A stretch of DNA of 64,000 bases from Anaeromyxobacteraceae bacterium (GTDB taxonomy: Bacteria > Myxococcota > Myxococcia > Myxococcales > Anaeromyxobacteraceae). A program made the translations under genes and the position numbers. The stretch spans positions 7,056-71,055 of the forward strand of contig JBAVCR010000182.1 in NCBI GenBank assembly GCA_049586815.1. Reading direction: 5' to 3'. Below are positions 1-16,382 of this stretch, piece by piece. Numbering within the stretch: position 1 is the stretch's first letter; every line of letters begins with the position of its first letter. The notes under the pieces were generated by a model. That model was not told where the DNA came from. It ran no database searches and was given only the letters and a program-made list of their open reading frames with translations.

Positions 1-758
1 CAGGGTCATCGGGCTCATCATGAGCGGCATTCTGGCCGGCATCCTGCTCGCCCGCACCATCTCGGGGCTCGTGGGCGGCGCGCTGGGCTGGCGGGCCGTG
101 TACGCCCTCGCCGCGGCCGGGATGGTGGTGCTCGCGCTCGCGCTCCGCCGGCTCCTCCCGCACTCGCCGCCGGAGCGCCGGGTGCGCTACGGGGAGCTCC
201 TCGCCTCGCTCGTGCCGCTCGTGCGCACCGAGGCCGAGCTGCGGCAGCCGTCCCTCGTCGGCGCCATGATCTTCGGCGCGTTCAGCGTCTTCTGGACGAC
301 GCTCGCCTTCTTCCTCGAGACCCCGCCCTACCACTGGGGCGCCCCGGAGGCGGGCCTCTTCGGCCTCATCGGGCTCGCCGGTGCGTTCTCGGCCCCGCTC
401 GTGGGTCGGCTCGCCGACCGGCGCGGCGCCCGCTTCGCGACCGGCGTGGCGCTCCTCCTCGCGCTCGCCTCGTTCGGCGTCCTCGGGCTCCTCGGGCGGA
501 CGCTCCCCGGCCTCGTCCTCGGCGTCGTGCTGCTCGACGTGGGGGTGCAGTCGGCCCACGTGGGGAACCTGGCCCGCATCCACGCCCTCGACCCGGCGGC
601 GCGCAGCCGCCGCAACACGGTCTACATGGTGTCGTACTTCGCCGGCGGCGCGCTCGGGACCTGGCTCGGCGTGCGCGCCTGGTCCCGCTTCGGCTGGACC
701 GGCGTGTCGGCGGCGGGCGCGGGTTTCGTGCTCCTCGCGCTCCTCGCCTGGGCGCGCC

Positions 759-4430
<3,672 letters not shown>

Positions 4431-4475
4431 AGCAGGGGGGTCTGACCCGTTCCAGCCGTGCTATAGGGTGCCGCC

Positions 4476-5006
4476 ATGCTGAAGAAGATCCTCGCCGTCT
4501 TCGTCGCCGTGGCCTTCCTGGCCGCGATCTTCGTCGCCTCCCGCCCCTCGACCTACAGGATCGAGCGGAGCGCCGTCGTGAACGCCCCGGTCGAGGACGT
4601 CTACCCGAACGTCGTGGTCTTCCGGAAGTGGTCCCGCTGGTCGCCCTGGGCCAAGCTCGACCCGAACATGGCGGTCGACTACGCGGGTCCGAAGGGGGGA
4701 GTCGGCTCCGTCTACCACTGGAAGGGCAACGACAAGGTGGGCGAGGGGCGCATGACCATGACGGGCGCGCTGAAGGACGACCTCGTCCAGATCAAGCTCG
4801 AGTTCCTGAAGCCCTGGGAGCAGACGAGCGAGACCACCTTCAAGTTCGCGCGCGAGGGCGCAGCCCAGACCCGCGTCACCTGGACGATGACCGGGACCCA
4901 CGACTGGGTGGGCAAGCTCTTCGCCCTCTTCATGGACATGGACAAGATGGTGGGGGGCGACTTCGAGAAGGGGCTCGCGAATCTCAAGCAGGTGACGGAA
5001 GAATAG
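4476..5006 (+). CDS. SRPBCC (START/polyketide-cyclase-like) family protein with N-terminal membrane anchor
   Basis: 176 aa with an N-terminal hydrophobic helix. The pattern YRIERSAVVNAP.EDVY....F.KW..WSPW ... W.M.G is typical of SRPBCC-fold proteins. Confidence 0.55.
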   Translation: MLKKILAVFVAVAFLAAIFVASRPSTYRIERSAVVNAPVEDVYPNVVVFRKWSRWSPWAKLDPNMAVDYAGPKGGVGSVYHWKGNDKVGEGRMTMTGALKDDLVQIKLEFLKPWEQTSETTFKFAREGAAQTRVTWTMTGTHDWVGKLFALFMDMDKMVGGDFEKGLANLKQVTEE

Positions 5007-5009
5007 GGG

Positions 5010-6662
5010 ATGCCCGCTCCCGCCCGCCGCCGACGACTCGCGCTTCGAACGGGGGTGGCGGCCTGGGTGGTGGCCGTCGCCATGGCCGCCCGGGCGGCCG
5101 ACGAGCCCGTCCCTCCCGTCGATCCCGTCGAGGCCGCCGCTCCTGTGGAGACCGACCCGAACGGCCCGAGCTGCAGGCTGGGCGGGGAAGTGCTCCAGGC
5201 CTACGGGATCGGGTCCGCCTGGGCCGACCTCGCCCGCATGGCCCAGGACGTCGGCGCGGCGCCGCTGCGTCCAGACCTCTTCCAGCGCCCGGGGGACCGC
5301 GGCATCCCGCTCTGCGCGGACGGTCCGAGGCTGCCCATGGGGCGGACCGCGGCGCCGGTCCCCGCCGGGCTCCGCCTCGACCTCGTCCCGGCCACGCTCG
5401 GCCTCTACGTGAACACGGGCTACCCGTCGAGCGCCAACGACGGCCTCGTCTGGCAGGGGAAGGGGATCTCCTCCCAGCTCACCGCCGGCGTGCAGTTCCG
5501 CTGGGGGATCCTGTCGGCCGCCCTCGTTCCCTCGGTGGCCTGGCAGCAGAACGCGCCCTTCCCGACGCTGCCGACCGGGCTGCCGGGGAACCTCGCCTAC
5601 GCGAATCCGTACTACGGGCCGGGGCTCGACGTGCCGCAGCAGTTCGGCGGCTCGAACTACTGGACCGCGTCGCTCGGGCAGAGCTACGTGCAGCTCGACT
5701 ACGCGGGATTCGGCATCGGGGTCTCCACGGAGAACCTCTGGTGGGGGCCGGGGCAGCGAAGCTCGCTCCTCATGACCAACACCGCGCCCGGCTTCCCCCA
5801 CGCCTACGTGGGGACCGTGCGACCGGTGGACGTCTGGGTCGGCAACCTCGAGGCGAACTTCTGGCTCGGCCAGGTGAGCCGGTCGAAGTACTTCTACACG
5901 CAGGACGCCGCGTGGTTCGGGGCCTTCACCGGCGACTTCGAGCTGCGCTGGGTGCGCGGCCTCTACGTGGGCGTCGTGGCGGTGAACGTCTCCTCCCAAC
6001 TCACCGGTGGGGGAGAAGACCGCAACTCGAACACGCTCATCGGCGGGTACGGTCGCTGGGTCTTCCCGCCCGCCGGCGTCGAGGTCTACGGGGAGTGGAC
6101 CCGGGAGGACGCCTGGGGGAGCTGGAACGACTTCTACAAGGAGCTCGACCACTCCGCCGGCTACACGCTCGGCCTCCAGAAGGTGTTCCTGGGGAAGGAC
6201 TACTGGGTGCGGCTCCTCCTCGAGATCTCGGACAACAACGTCCCGCGGCCGTCACGGGAGTGGCGGCCGAACCCCACGTCGTACTACGTGCACGGCGGCA
6301 ACACCGGCTACACGAGCGGCGGGCAGATCCTCGGCGCGGCCATGGGGCCCGGCTCCTCGTCGCAGTACCTCGGCGCCGACGTCCTCGCGCCCGCCGGCTG
6401 GTTCGGCGGCTGGCTGGAGCGGACCCGCCGGAACGACGTCTACTACATGTTCGGACCTCCCCAGGGAGCCGACGGCCAGAACGACGTCGAGATCGGGGGC
6501 GGCGCCCGCTACCTCCGCTCCTTCGGGGCGTTCGACCTGGGAGCGAGCGCCGGGCTCTACAAGCGGAGCGCGCACGACGGTCTCCCCGTCGCGTGGAACC
6601 TGAACGCCCAGGTGCAGCTCACCTGGTGGCCGGACAGGGCGATCTTCGCAGGGCCGCCGTAG
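5010..6662 (+). CDS. Wzi-family (capsule assembly) outer-membrane beta-barrel protein, paralog 1
   Basis: 550 aa with a signal-like N-terminus (RRRRLALRTGVAAWVVAVAMAARA). It contains the WWGPG motif followed by S.L...NA.P.P as in Wzi, plus alternating beta-strand-like aromatic/Gly segments to the C-terminus. Confidence 0.55.
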   Translation: MPAPARRRRLALRTGVAAWVVAVAMAARAADEPVPPVDPVEAAAPVETDPNGPSCRLGGEVLQAYGIGSAWADLARMAQDVGAAPLRPDLFQRPGDRGIPLCADGPRLPMGRTAAPVPAGLRLDLVPATLGLYVNTGYPSSANDGLVWQGKGISSQLTAGVQFRWGILSAALVPSVAWQQNAPFPTLPTGLPGNLAYANPYYGPGLDVPQQFGGSNYWTASLGQSYVQLDYAGFGIGVSTENLWWGPGQRSSLLMTNTAPGFPHAYVGTVRPVDVWVGNLEANFWLGQVSRSKYFYTQDAAWFGAFTGDFELRWVRGLYVGVVAVNVSSQLTGGGEDRNSNTLIGGYGRWVFPPAGVEVYGEWTREDAWGSWNDFYKELDHSAGYTLGLQKVFLGKDYWVRLLLEISDNNVPRPSREWRPNPTSYYVHGGNTGYTSGGQILGAAMGPGSSSQYLGADVLAPAGWFGGWLERTRRNDVYYMFGPPQGADGQNDVEIGGGARYLRSFGAFDLGASAGLYKRSAHDGLPVAWNLNAQVQLTWWPDRAIFAGPP

Positions 6663-6692
6663 GGCGCCGCGCCCCGGCTGGCGCCGCCGTGG

Positions 6693-7079
6693 TCAGTGCT
6701 TCAGGCCGCCGGCGTGGGGCTCCTCCTCGAAGCCGTGGGCGACGAGGAAGTGGTAGACGGCGTAGGGCTCGGCCCGGTCGCCGCCGACGACCTCGAAGAG
6801 GAATCGCCGCTCGCCGTCCTCCTCCGAGTCGAGCGTGGACTGCACGAAGACCACGTCGCGGACGTCGAGGACCATCTCGGCGAGGACCTGCTTGCCCCGG
6901 ATGAGCTGGACCGACGGGTGCCGGTCCGGGTCCTCCTCGAGGTGCCAGTGGAGGTCGTCCTGGTCGTAGAACCAGGAGTCGGTGGTGCCCGCCCGCAGGA
7001 TGCAGTTCGGGTGGTGCTTCAGCCACTTCCAGAAGCGTTCGAAGGCGAGCGTGGCGCCCGACTGGACGGTGAGGGACAT
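6693..7079 (-). CDS. hypothetical protein
   Basis: 128-aa ORF with a balanced, non-shadow amino-acid composition (W/F/H/D/E-rich). It lies downstream of and co-oriented with the esterase gene. No family was recognised. Confidence 0.45.
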   Translation of the reverse strand: MSLTVQSGATLAFERFWKWLKHHPNCILRAGTTDSWFYDQDDLHWHLEEDPDRHPSVQLIRGKQVLAEMVLDVRDVVFVQSTLDSEEDGERRFLFEVVGGDRAEPYAVYHFLVAHGFEEEPHAGGLKH

Positions 7080-7106
7080 GAGCGGCGGACTATATAGCCG
7101 CGGAGG

Positions 7107-7328
7107 CTACGCGGCCGCCAGCGGCGGGTAGGCCACGAGCGCCCGGCCGTCCTGCTGCCAGACGAGGGGCCGCGAGATCCAGCCGCAGGGGCGGCAGTAG
7201 CCGCGCAGCGCGCCGGGGCTGGCCCGAACGGTCATGGGCCCCTCGCACACCGCGCAGCCGCCCGCGACGACGAAGTCGCGGAACTCGGCGGTGTCGGGAG
7301 CGGAGGTGGTCTCGGCGGGGGTGCGCAT
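7107..7328 (-). CDS. small putative zinc-ribbon protein
   Basis: 73 aa with two CxxC pairs (CAVCEG ... CRPCGW). It sits between the esterase and the 128-aa ORF on the same strand. Confidence 0.4.
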   Translation of the reverse strand: MRTPAETTSAPDTAEFRDFVVAGGCAVCEGPMTVRASPGALRGYCRPCGWISRPLVWQQDGRALVAYPPLAAA

Positions 7329-7388
7329 GGAGGCAAGCTAACCACCCCGGAGGGGCTGGCAAATGGGGTGGCCGTCGGGCCCTCCCCG

Positions 7389-8384
7389 TCAGCCGCGCGC
7401 GAGCCGCGGCAGGAGGTACGAGAGCGACCGGTCGTAGCGGTAGTTCACGTCGCGGTGGCCGTCGTCGAACTCCTCGTGCACGACGTCCACGCCTCCCTGC
7501 CGGAGCGCCTCGGCGACCATGCGGGCGCCCCAGCGCAGGTTGAACTCGTCCCGGGTGCCGCAGTCGAGGAAGACGCTCCCGAGCCGCCGGAAGGCGGGGA
7601 GGGATGCCGGGACGAAGCGGACCGGGTCGTGTGCGAGCCAGCGCTCCCAGACCGCGGGGCGAAGCCGGGCCGTCTCCGGCTCGAAGGGAAGCTCCAGGCC
7701 CGCCGGGGCGCCGGGGCGCGGCGAGTAGGCGGCGGCCATGGCGAGGACGTTCAGCGGCGCGTGGTCGTCCCCCCGCATCTTCGTCTCCCGGGCGCGGCGC
7801 CGCATCCCGTCGAGCCAGGCGGCCGCGTCGGTGCCGAGGAGGGCCCCGGCCGTGCGGGGGAAGTCGGGCAGGTAGCAGTACTCGAAGCCGGCGTCCCCGG
7901 CGTGGCTCGCCACGTGGCCGAACAGGTCGGGGTGGTGGCGCCCCATCACGAGGGCCCCGTACCCTCCAGACGACTTGCCGACGACCGCGCGGGCCGCGGC
8001 GCGGGGGAGGGTGCCGAAGCGCCCCTCCACGAAGGAGACCACGTCCCGGACCAGGTAGTCGCGGTAGTTCCCGATGGCGGGGCTGTTCAGCCACTGGCTG
8101 CCGCCGAGCGAGGTCCAGCCGTCGACGAAGACTCCCACCGCCGGCGGCAGGGCGCCCGCCGTCACGAGCCGGTCGAGCCGCTCGGGGACGGTGAGCCCGA
8201 AGCCGGGGAAGCCGACCCAGGATTGGGCACTGCCGGTGAAGCCGTGGAGGAAGTAGACGGCCGGGAGCCCCGGACGGAAGCCCGGTGGCAGGTAGACGTA
8301 CACCGGACGGCGGGCCGGGTCGCCGAGCGGGTTCCCCGACAGCGCCTCCGACTCCACGAACTCCTGCTCGATCCTGCCTTCCAT
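7389..8384 (-). CDS. esterase family alpha/beta hydrolase (putative esterase / esterase D-like)
   Basis: 331 aa. It has the motifs VYVYLPPG...VYFLHGFTGS and the nucleophile elbow GKSSGGYGA (GxSxG), with His/Asp-containing C-terminal segments. Confidence 0.75.
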   Translation of the reverse strand: MEGRIEQEFVESEALSGNPLGDPARRPVYVYLPPGFRPGLPAVYFLHGFTGSAQSWVGFPGFGLTVPERLDRLVTAGALPPAVGVFVDGWTSLGGSQWLNSPAIGNYRDYLVRDVVSFVEGRFGTLPRAAARAVVGKSSGGYGALVMGRHHPDLFGHVASHAGDAGFEYCYLPDFPRTAGALLGTDAAAWLDGMRRRARETKMRGDDHAPLNVLAMAAAYSPRPGAPAGLELPFEPETARLRPAVWERWLAHDPVRFVPASLPAFRRLGSVFLDCGTRDEFNLRWGARMVAEALRQGGVDVVHEEFDDGHRDVNYRYDRSLSYLLPRLARG

Positions 8385-8428
8385 GGGGGCTCTCCCTCGA
8401 CGGTCCGTCGGGATAGGATAACGCGCCC

Positions 8429-9031
8429 ATGCCCACCGGACTCGCCGCGAGCTTCGGACACGCCTTCCGCGGCCTCGTCGAGGTCACGGCCCGCGAGCGG
8501 AACATGAAGGTCCACGTGCTCGCCGGGGGCGCGGTGGGGCTCCTCGGCGCGGAGGTGGCGCTGCCGCTCCCGTCGCGGCTCGCGCTCGTCCTGGCGGTGA
8601 TGGTCGTCGTCTCGGCGGAGATGGGGAACAGCGCCCTCGAGGCGCTCGTCGACCTCCACACGAAGGAGCGGCGCGAGGAGGCCCGGCGGGCCAAGGACGC
8701 CGCCGCGGGCGCTGTGCTGGCGCTCGCCATCGGCGCGGTCGTGCTGGCGCTCGCCGTCGCCGGGGCGAGCTGGGACGCCATCGAGACCGCCTTTCACCGC
8801 CGGGGCGCCCACCTCGTCCTCGCCGCCGGCACGGTGGCGCTGCAGGGGTTCCTGCTGTTCGGGCGTCACCGCTCCGGCGTGCTCGACGGGATCGCCATCT
8901 CGACGGGCGCGGTGCTGGTCGCCTACCTGGGCTTCACGGGCCTCTCCGCCGCGCTCTCCGTCACCGGCGCGCTCCTCTTCGCACTTGCCGCCTCGGCGGC
9001 GGTGCACTCCCGCTTCCGGGGGCCGGCGTGA
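8429..9031 (+). CDS. diacylglycerol/undecaprenol kinase family membrane protein (DgkA-like)
   Basis: The N-terminus SFGHAFRGL....ERNMKVH........ and the SAEMGNSALEALVDL...E.....AKD.AAGAVL motif are characteristic of prokaryotic DAGK. An extra C-terminal hydrophobic extension is present. The stop overlaps the next start (GTGA). Confidence 0.7.
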   Translation: MPTGLAASFGHAFRGLVEVTARERNMKVHVLAGGAVGLLGAEVALPLPSRLALVLAVMVVVSAEMGNSALEALVDLHTKERREEARRAKDAAAGAVLALAIGAVVLALAVAGASWDAIETAFHRRGAHLVLAAGTVALQGFLLFGRHRSGVLDGIAISTGAVLVAYLGFTGLSAALSVTGALLFALAASAAVHSRFRGPA

Positions 9032-10536
9032 GCGAGAGATGGCTCCCGCTCGTCGCCGCCGCGCTGCTCGCCGGCCCGGGCGCGGCGATGGCTGCCGAGG
9101 ACCGCCCCCTGCCGAAGTTCGGCGTCTCCGCGCTCCTCCCCACGGATCACTGGGCGGTGCGGGCCGCGGTCCGGCTCGACGGCGTGGGGCTCGTCACCGG
9201 CTGGCTGCCCGCCAGCCAGGCGGCGCCCATGTACATGGTCTGGGCGGCGCTCGAGGAGGGCGCCCGCCGTGCCGAGACCGAGCGGCCGGCCATGGCCGCG
9301 CTGGCGAAGGGCTGGAAGGAGAAGTTCCAGCAGGAGTGGCGGGGCATCGACGAGAAGGGGCTCTGGAGGTTCGTCGGCGGACAGGCGTCGGCCGGCTACC
9401 AGTGGAACGGGCTCACGCCGGCTCCGCCCGAGACGCCGCCGGCGTTCTGGTCGCTCACCCCGCCGCACGAGTCCGCACCCTTCGTCGCCGCCGAGGCGGC
9501 CGGGGCGATCTCGGACTACCTGGCCCTCCAGGCTGTCGTCGCGGCCACGACGGACGAGGTGACCTGGGCGGGGGCGCTCGTCACCGGCGTCGGGCCGGTG
9601 TCGCTCTCCGTGGGGCGGGTGCCCGGGCAGACGGGATTCGCCGCTCCCGGCGGCGGCGTGGTGATCGGGGGAGGGAACCTCCGCGACCAGGTCGAGTTCC
9701 AGATCTTCCGGCCCGTCGACATCTACATCGGGCTCCTCAGCTTCGACCTCTCCCTCGGCCTGCTCCGGCCACCGCATCACGACTACGGCACGCTGCTCTG
9801 GCAGTGGTCGTTGCAGTACCAGCCCGTTCCCCGCCTCACCTTCTCCATCCAGAGCGGGGTGATGATGGGGAGCGAGACCTGGGAGCAGGCGACGGGGAGC
9901 CCCTTCACCTGGAAGGACTTCGCGAAGGCCATCACCTACCGGGGCAACGGAACGGAGAACAACGTCTACTCGGTCGCGGGCCGCTACCGCCTGCCGACGG
10001 AGGACTGGGTGCCCGTCACGCTCTACCTGGACTGGGGCGGCGACGACAACGGCGGCGCCTGGTACTCGGCGCCGGGCATCGACGCCGGGTTCCTCGTCCC
10101 GAGCCTGCCCTTCGCCCCGGAGGTGTCGGTCGGCTTCGAGTGGAGCTTCTTCGGGACCGTGTGCCAGCCGGGCGCTCCGGAGGGCGGCCTCTGCCGCCCG
10201 CCCGACATGGGGCTCAACTGGTACACCCATGGGTACTACAGCTGGACCCGCGGGGACCTGCCGCTCGGGCACCGCATGGGCGGCAACGGGCGGGAGTACC
10301 TCCTCTACGCTGCGGCCGATCTGCTCGACGCGAGGCTGCTCCTGCGCGGAGACGTCTTCCTGCGGGATCGCTTCTCCGGGAACCTCTACGCGCCGTACAC
10401 CGGCAAGACGGGCGGCTTCGACGCCCAGGCAACCTGGCGCATCGGCATCGGCGAGGTGGGAGTGAGCGGCAGCCTGGAGACGGGCGGCGGCTGGACCACG
10501 GGCGGCGCGGGCGCGCACGCCAGGGTGTTCTTCTAG
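9028..10536 (+). CDS. Wzi-family outer-membrane protein, paralog 2
   Basis: 502 aa with a signal peptide (LPLVAAALLAGPGAAMA). The N-terminal helical segment HWAVRAAVRLDGVGLV.GW.P resembles the Wzi N-domain. The C-terminal YTHGYYSW..GDLPLGHRMGGNG matches the Wzi Y.H..Y..G..PLG..MGG.G signature. Confidence 0.5.
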   Translation: MSERWLPLVAAALLAGPGAAMAAEDRPLPKFGVSALLPTDHWAVRAAVRLDGVGLVTGWLPASQAAPMYMVWAALEEGARRAETERPAMAALAKGWKEKFQQEWRGIDEKGLWRFVGGQASAGYQWNGLTPAPPETPPAFWSLTPPHESAPFVAAEAAGAISDYLALQAVVAATTDEVTWAGALVTGVGPVSLSVGRVPGQTGFAAPGGGVVIGGGNLRDQVEFQIFRPVDIYIGLLSFDLSLGLLRPPHHDYGTLLWQWSLQYQPVPRLTFSIQSGVMMGSETWEQATGSPFTWKDFAKAITYRGNGTENNVYSVAGRYRLPTEDWVPVTLYLDWGGDDNGGAWYSAPGIDAGFLVPSLPFAPEVSVGFEWSFFGTVCQPGAPEGGLCRPPDMGLNWYTHGYYSWTRGDLPLGHRMGGNGREYLLYAAADLLDARLLLRGDVFLRDRFSGNLYAPYTGKTGGFDAQATWRIGIGEVGVSGSLETGGGWTTGGAGAHARVFF

Positions 10537-10601
10537 CCGGTGCTCTTCCGGGCGCCGCTTGCGGCGTCCACGTTCACCGGGCCCCGTTCACTGCGCCCGG
10601 C

Positions 10602-11705
10602 TCATCCGTCGGCGCAGCTCGTGAAGGCATCCATCCAGTCGTCACCGAAGACGAGCCGGGCAGCCAGGTCGTTATGGACCCGGCAAAGCAGTCTGCAGTT
10701 CTCGACCGTGGAGGGCCCGCCCCGCGCCCTGGGGATGACGTGATCGACCTGTACACGCAAGGTGGATCCGCAGACTCCCCCCATGGAAAGCGGCCATTGG
10801 CACTGGCCACCGTCCCGGGCCCAGACTGCCCTGCGCACGGCGGCGGGAAGGTGGTCGGGACTCGACGGGCGCGGCTTCACCTGGGGGCGTTCGGTCTCGC
10901 CGCGCCGCCGCGCCTGGCGATCCAGGAGGAGGTCGAGCCCCAGCTCGAGGACGTCGGACGACGAGGCCCCGCGCCGCACGTGGGATTCGCCCGCGCGCGC
11001 GCCATCGAGCTTCGCCAGGAACCTCTTCGACACGGTGAGGTGCAGACGACACAGCTCCGCGGTGAGCGGTTCCATCGACGAGCCGGGCGACGTCGGCCCC
11101 GCTGGCGCGACCCGCGGCTTCGGGGCGGGGGCTACGGGCGGCCTTGCCACTGGCTGCGTCGGCATGGCCCCAGTCGGAGTGCTCCCCGCGTCGGGCGCCA
11201 CCTCGGCTCCGCCGAGGCCCACGAGGGGCCCTCCTTCGGGGTGGGTCATTCCCGTTTCGCCTGGATGAAACGACGCGGCGACTCCGAGGGGGGCACGTAC
11301 CTCGCGCTGCGGGATGACCGACATCGGCCGGATCTCGACCGCCACGGCGCGCGCCTCCTTCTTCGACACCCGGAAGAAGCGCGGCAGCACCTCGGCCCGG
11401 TTCTTCTCCGTCATGACCCGGGCGAGCTCGATCACGCTCGTGATGCAAAGGCGCCCGTCCCTGAGCGGCTCCACCACTTCCGGGAACCGGAGCGCCAGCT
11501 CCGCCGCGACCTTCCTGTAATAGGCCGCCGCGTTCGACAGCCCGAGCTCGTGATGAAGGAACTTGAACAGGCTCGCGTGGCCGAGTTGCACCCACAGCCG
11601 CTCGCGATGGAACTCCACCAGCGCGACCAGGAAGTCGGCGACGGCACCCTGATCGGATCGCAGGAGGGCCGCCAGCCGAAGGGACGATTCCCGCGCGTCG
11701 GTCAT
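10602..11705 (-). CDS. free-standing HNH endonuclease (DUF222-like N-terminal domain)
   Basis: The C-terminal HNH motif reads CQWP...GVCGS...LQVDHVIPRARGGPSTVENCRLLCRVHN. The start was chosen at the ATG at 11705 (MTDARESS...), because the track ORF extends to 11822 through an Arg/Pro-rich leader. Confidence 0.75.
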   Translation of the reverse strand: MTDARESSLRLAALLRSDQGAVADFLVALVEFHRERLWVQLGHASLFKFLHHELGLSNAAAYYRKVAAELALRFPEVVEPLRDGRLCITSVIELARVMTEKNRAEVLPRFFRVSKKEARAVAVEIRPMSVIPQREVRAPLGVAASFHPGETGMTHPEGGPLVGLGGAEVAPDAGSTPTGAMPTQPVARPPVAPAPKPRVAPAGPTSPGSSMEPLTAELCRLHLTVSKRFLAKLDGARAGESHVRRGASSSDVLELGLDLLLDRQARRRGETERPQVKPRPSSPDHLPAAVRRAVWARDGGQCQWPLSMGGVCGSTLRVQVDHVIPRARGGPSTVENCRLLCRVHNDLAARLVFGDDWMDAFTSCADG

Positions 11706-11874
11706 GCCGAGGCGATGATGCGAGCGTCGCACCATCGACGGCCTGGCGGCCGCACGGCTCCCCCCTTGCCGAGGTCGGCCGCGCCGCGGAGCAAGGGGCC
11801 GCGTGCCGGCCGGCCCGACCACGAGGCAGTGCGCCCCGGACCTCGCCTCCCCAAGCCGGGCGCCGCGCCGCCCC

Positions 11875-14906
<3,032 letters not shown>

Positions 14907-14920
14907 CTAGTCACTCCGCC

Positions 14921-15808
14921 ATGCCTTCCGCGCGCAAGGGGATCATCCTGGCCGGGGGTTCGGGGACGCGTCTCTACCCGGCCACCCTCTCGGTCTCGAA
15001 GCAGCTCCTCCCCGTCTACGACAAGCCGATGATCTACTACCCGATGACGGCCCTCATGCTGGCCGGCATCCGGGAGATCCTGGTCATCTCGACGCCCCAG
15101 GACACCCCGCGCTTCGAACAGCTGCTCGGCGACGGCAGCGCCTGGGGGATGCGCATCGCCTACACGGTGCAGCCGAGCCCGGACGGCCTCGCCCAGGCCT
15201 TCATCCTGGGCGCCGACTTCGTCCGGGGCGGCCCGTCGGCCCTCGTGCTCGGCGACAACATCTTCTACGGCCACGACTTCCACACCCTGCTCCGCTCCGC
15301 CGACGCGCGGCAGGAGGGGGCCACCGTCTTCGCCTACGCGGTGAACGACCCGGAGCGCTACGGCGTCGTCGAGTTCGACGCCCGGAAGCGCGCGGTGAGC
15401 CTGGAGGAGAAGCCGGCGAGGCCGAAGTCGCGCTACGCGGTGACCGGGCTCTACTTCTACGACGAGACCGTCGTCGAGGAGGCGCGCGCGGTCCGGCCGT
15501 CGGCCCGCGGCGAGCTCGAGATCACGGATCTCAACCGCCGCTACCTCGACGCGGGCAAGCTCGAGGTGGAGATCATGGGGCGCGGCTACGCCTGGCTCGA
15601 CACCGGCACCCACGACTCGCTCCTCGAGGCCGGCCAGTTCATCGCCACCATCGAGAAGCGGCAGGGGCTCAAGGTCGCCTGCCCGGAGGAAGTCGCCTGG
15701 CGCCAGGGCTGGATCACCGACGCCCAGCTGGGCGACCGGGCCAAGGCGCTCGGCAAGTCGACCTACGGCGAGTATCTGCGGAACCTCCTCGAGCAGAAGG
15801 TCTTCTAG
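14921..15808 (+). CDS. rfbA: glucose-1-phosphate thymidylyltransferase
   Basis: The ATG at 14921 gives [38 protein letters not shown], the canonical RmlA N-terminus. The product is 295 aa. The track ORF start at 14741 was rejected as an upstream extension. Confidence 0.95.
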   Translation: MPSARKGIILAGGSGTRLYPATLSVSKQLLPVYDKPMIYYPMTALMLAGIREILVISTPQDTPRFEQLLGDGSAWGMRIAYTVQPSPDGLAQAFILGADFVRGGPSALVLGDNIFYGHDFHTLLRSADARQEGATVFAYAVNDPERYGVVEFDARKRAVSLEEKPARPKSRYAVTGLYFYDETVVEEARAVRPSARGELEITDLNRRYLDAGKLEVEIMGRGYAWLDTGTHDSLLEAGQFIATIEKRQGLKVACPEEVAWRQGWITDAQLGDRAKALGKSTYGEYLRNLLEQKVF

Positions 15809-15815
15809 GGCGCGC

Positions 15816-16382
15816 GTGAAGATCACACCGACCCGCATCCCCGACGTCCTCGTCGTCGAGCCGCAGGTGTTCGGCGACGCGCGGGGCTTCTTCTTCGAGA
15901 GCTTCCACCAGAGGAAGTTCGAGCAGGCCCTCGGCCGCCCCGTGCACTTCGTGCAGGACAACCACAGCCGGTCGGCGCGCGGCGTCCTGCGCGGCCTCCA
16001 CTACCAGCTGCCGAACCCCCAGGGAAAGCTGGTGCGGGTCGTGGAGGGGGAGATCCTCGACGTGGCGGTGGACGTCCGCCGCGATTCGCCCACCTTCGGG
16101 AAGTGGGAGAGCGACGTCCTCTCCGCCGAGAACAAGCGCCAGCTCTGGGTGCCGGAGGGCTTCGCCCACGGCTTCCTCGTCCTCTCGGACGTGGCCCAGG
16201 TCCTCTACAAGACCACGGGCTACTACTCCCCCCAGGACGAGCAGTGCATCCGCTGGGACGACCCGGCCATCGGCATCCCCTGGCCGCTCCAGGGCGCAGC
16301 ACCCATCCTCTCGGCCAAGGACGCGGCGGGGAAGCCGCTCGCCTTGGCCCGCGTGTTCGAGAAGGGAGATCTCGCTCCATGA
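15816..16382 (+). CDS. rfbC: dTDP-4-dehydrorhamnose 3,5-epimerase
   Basis: 188 aa with IPDVLVVEPQVFGDARGFFFESF...RGLHYQ...KLVRVV.G.I.DVAVD.R..SPTFG.W, the RmlC signature. Confidence 0.95.
   Translation: MKITPTRIPDVLVVEPQVFGDARGFFFESFHQRKFEQALGRPVHFVQDNHSRSARGVLRGLHYQLPNPQGKLVRVVEGEILDVAVDVRRDSPTFGKWESDVLSAENKRQLWVPEGFAHGFLVLSDVAQVLYKTTGYYSPQDEQCIRWDDPAIGIPWPLQGAAPILSAKDAAGKPLALARVFEKGDLAP

Noticed and set aside
11706-11874. GC-rich imperfect inverted repeat (GGCCG...CCCCTTGC / GCAAGGGG...CGGCC) downstream of gmd as a terminator
   Set aside because: The arms are interrupted by mismatches, the loop is ~21 nt and there is no U-tract. This is not strong enough to annotate.
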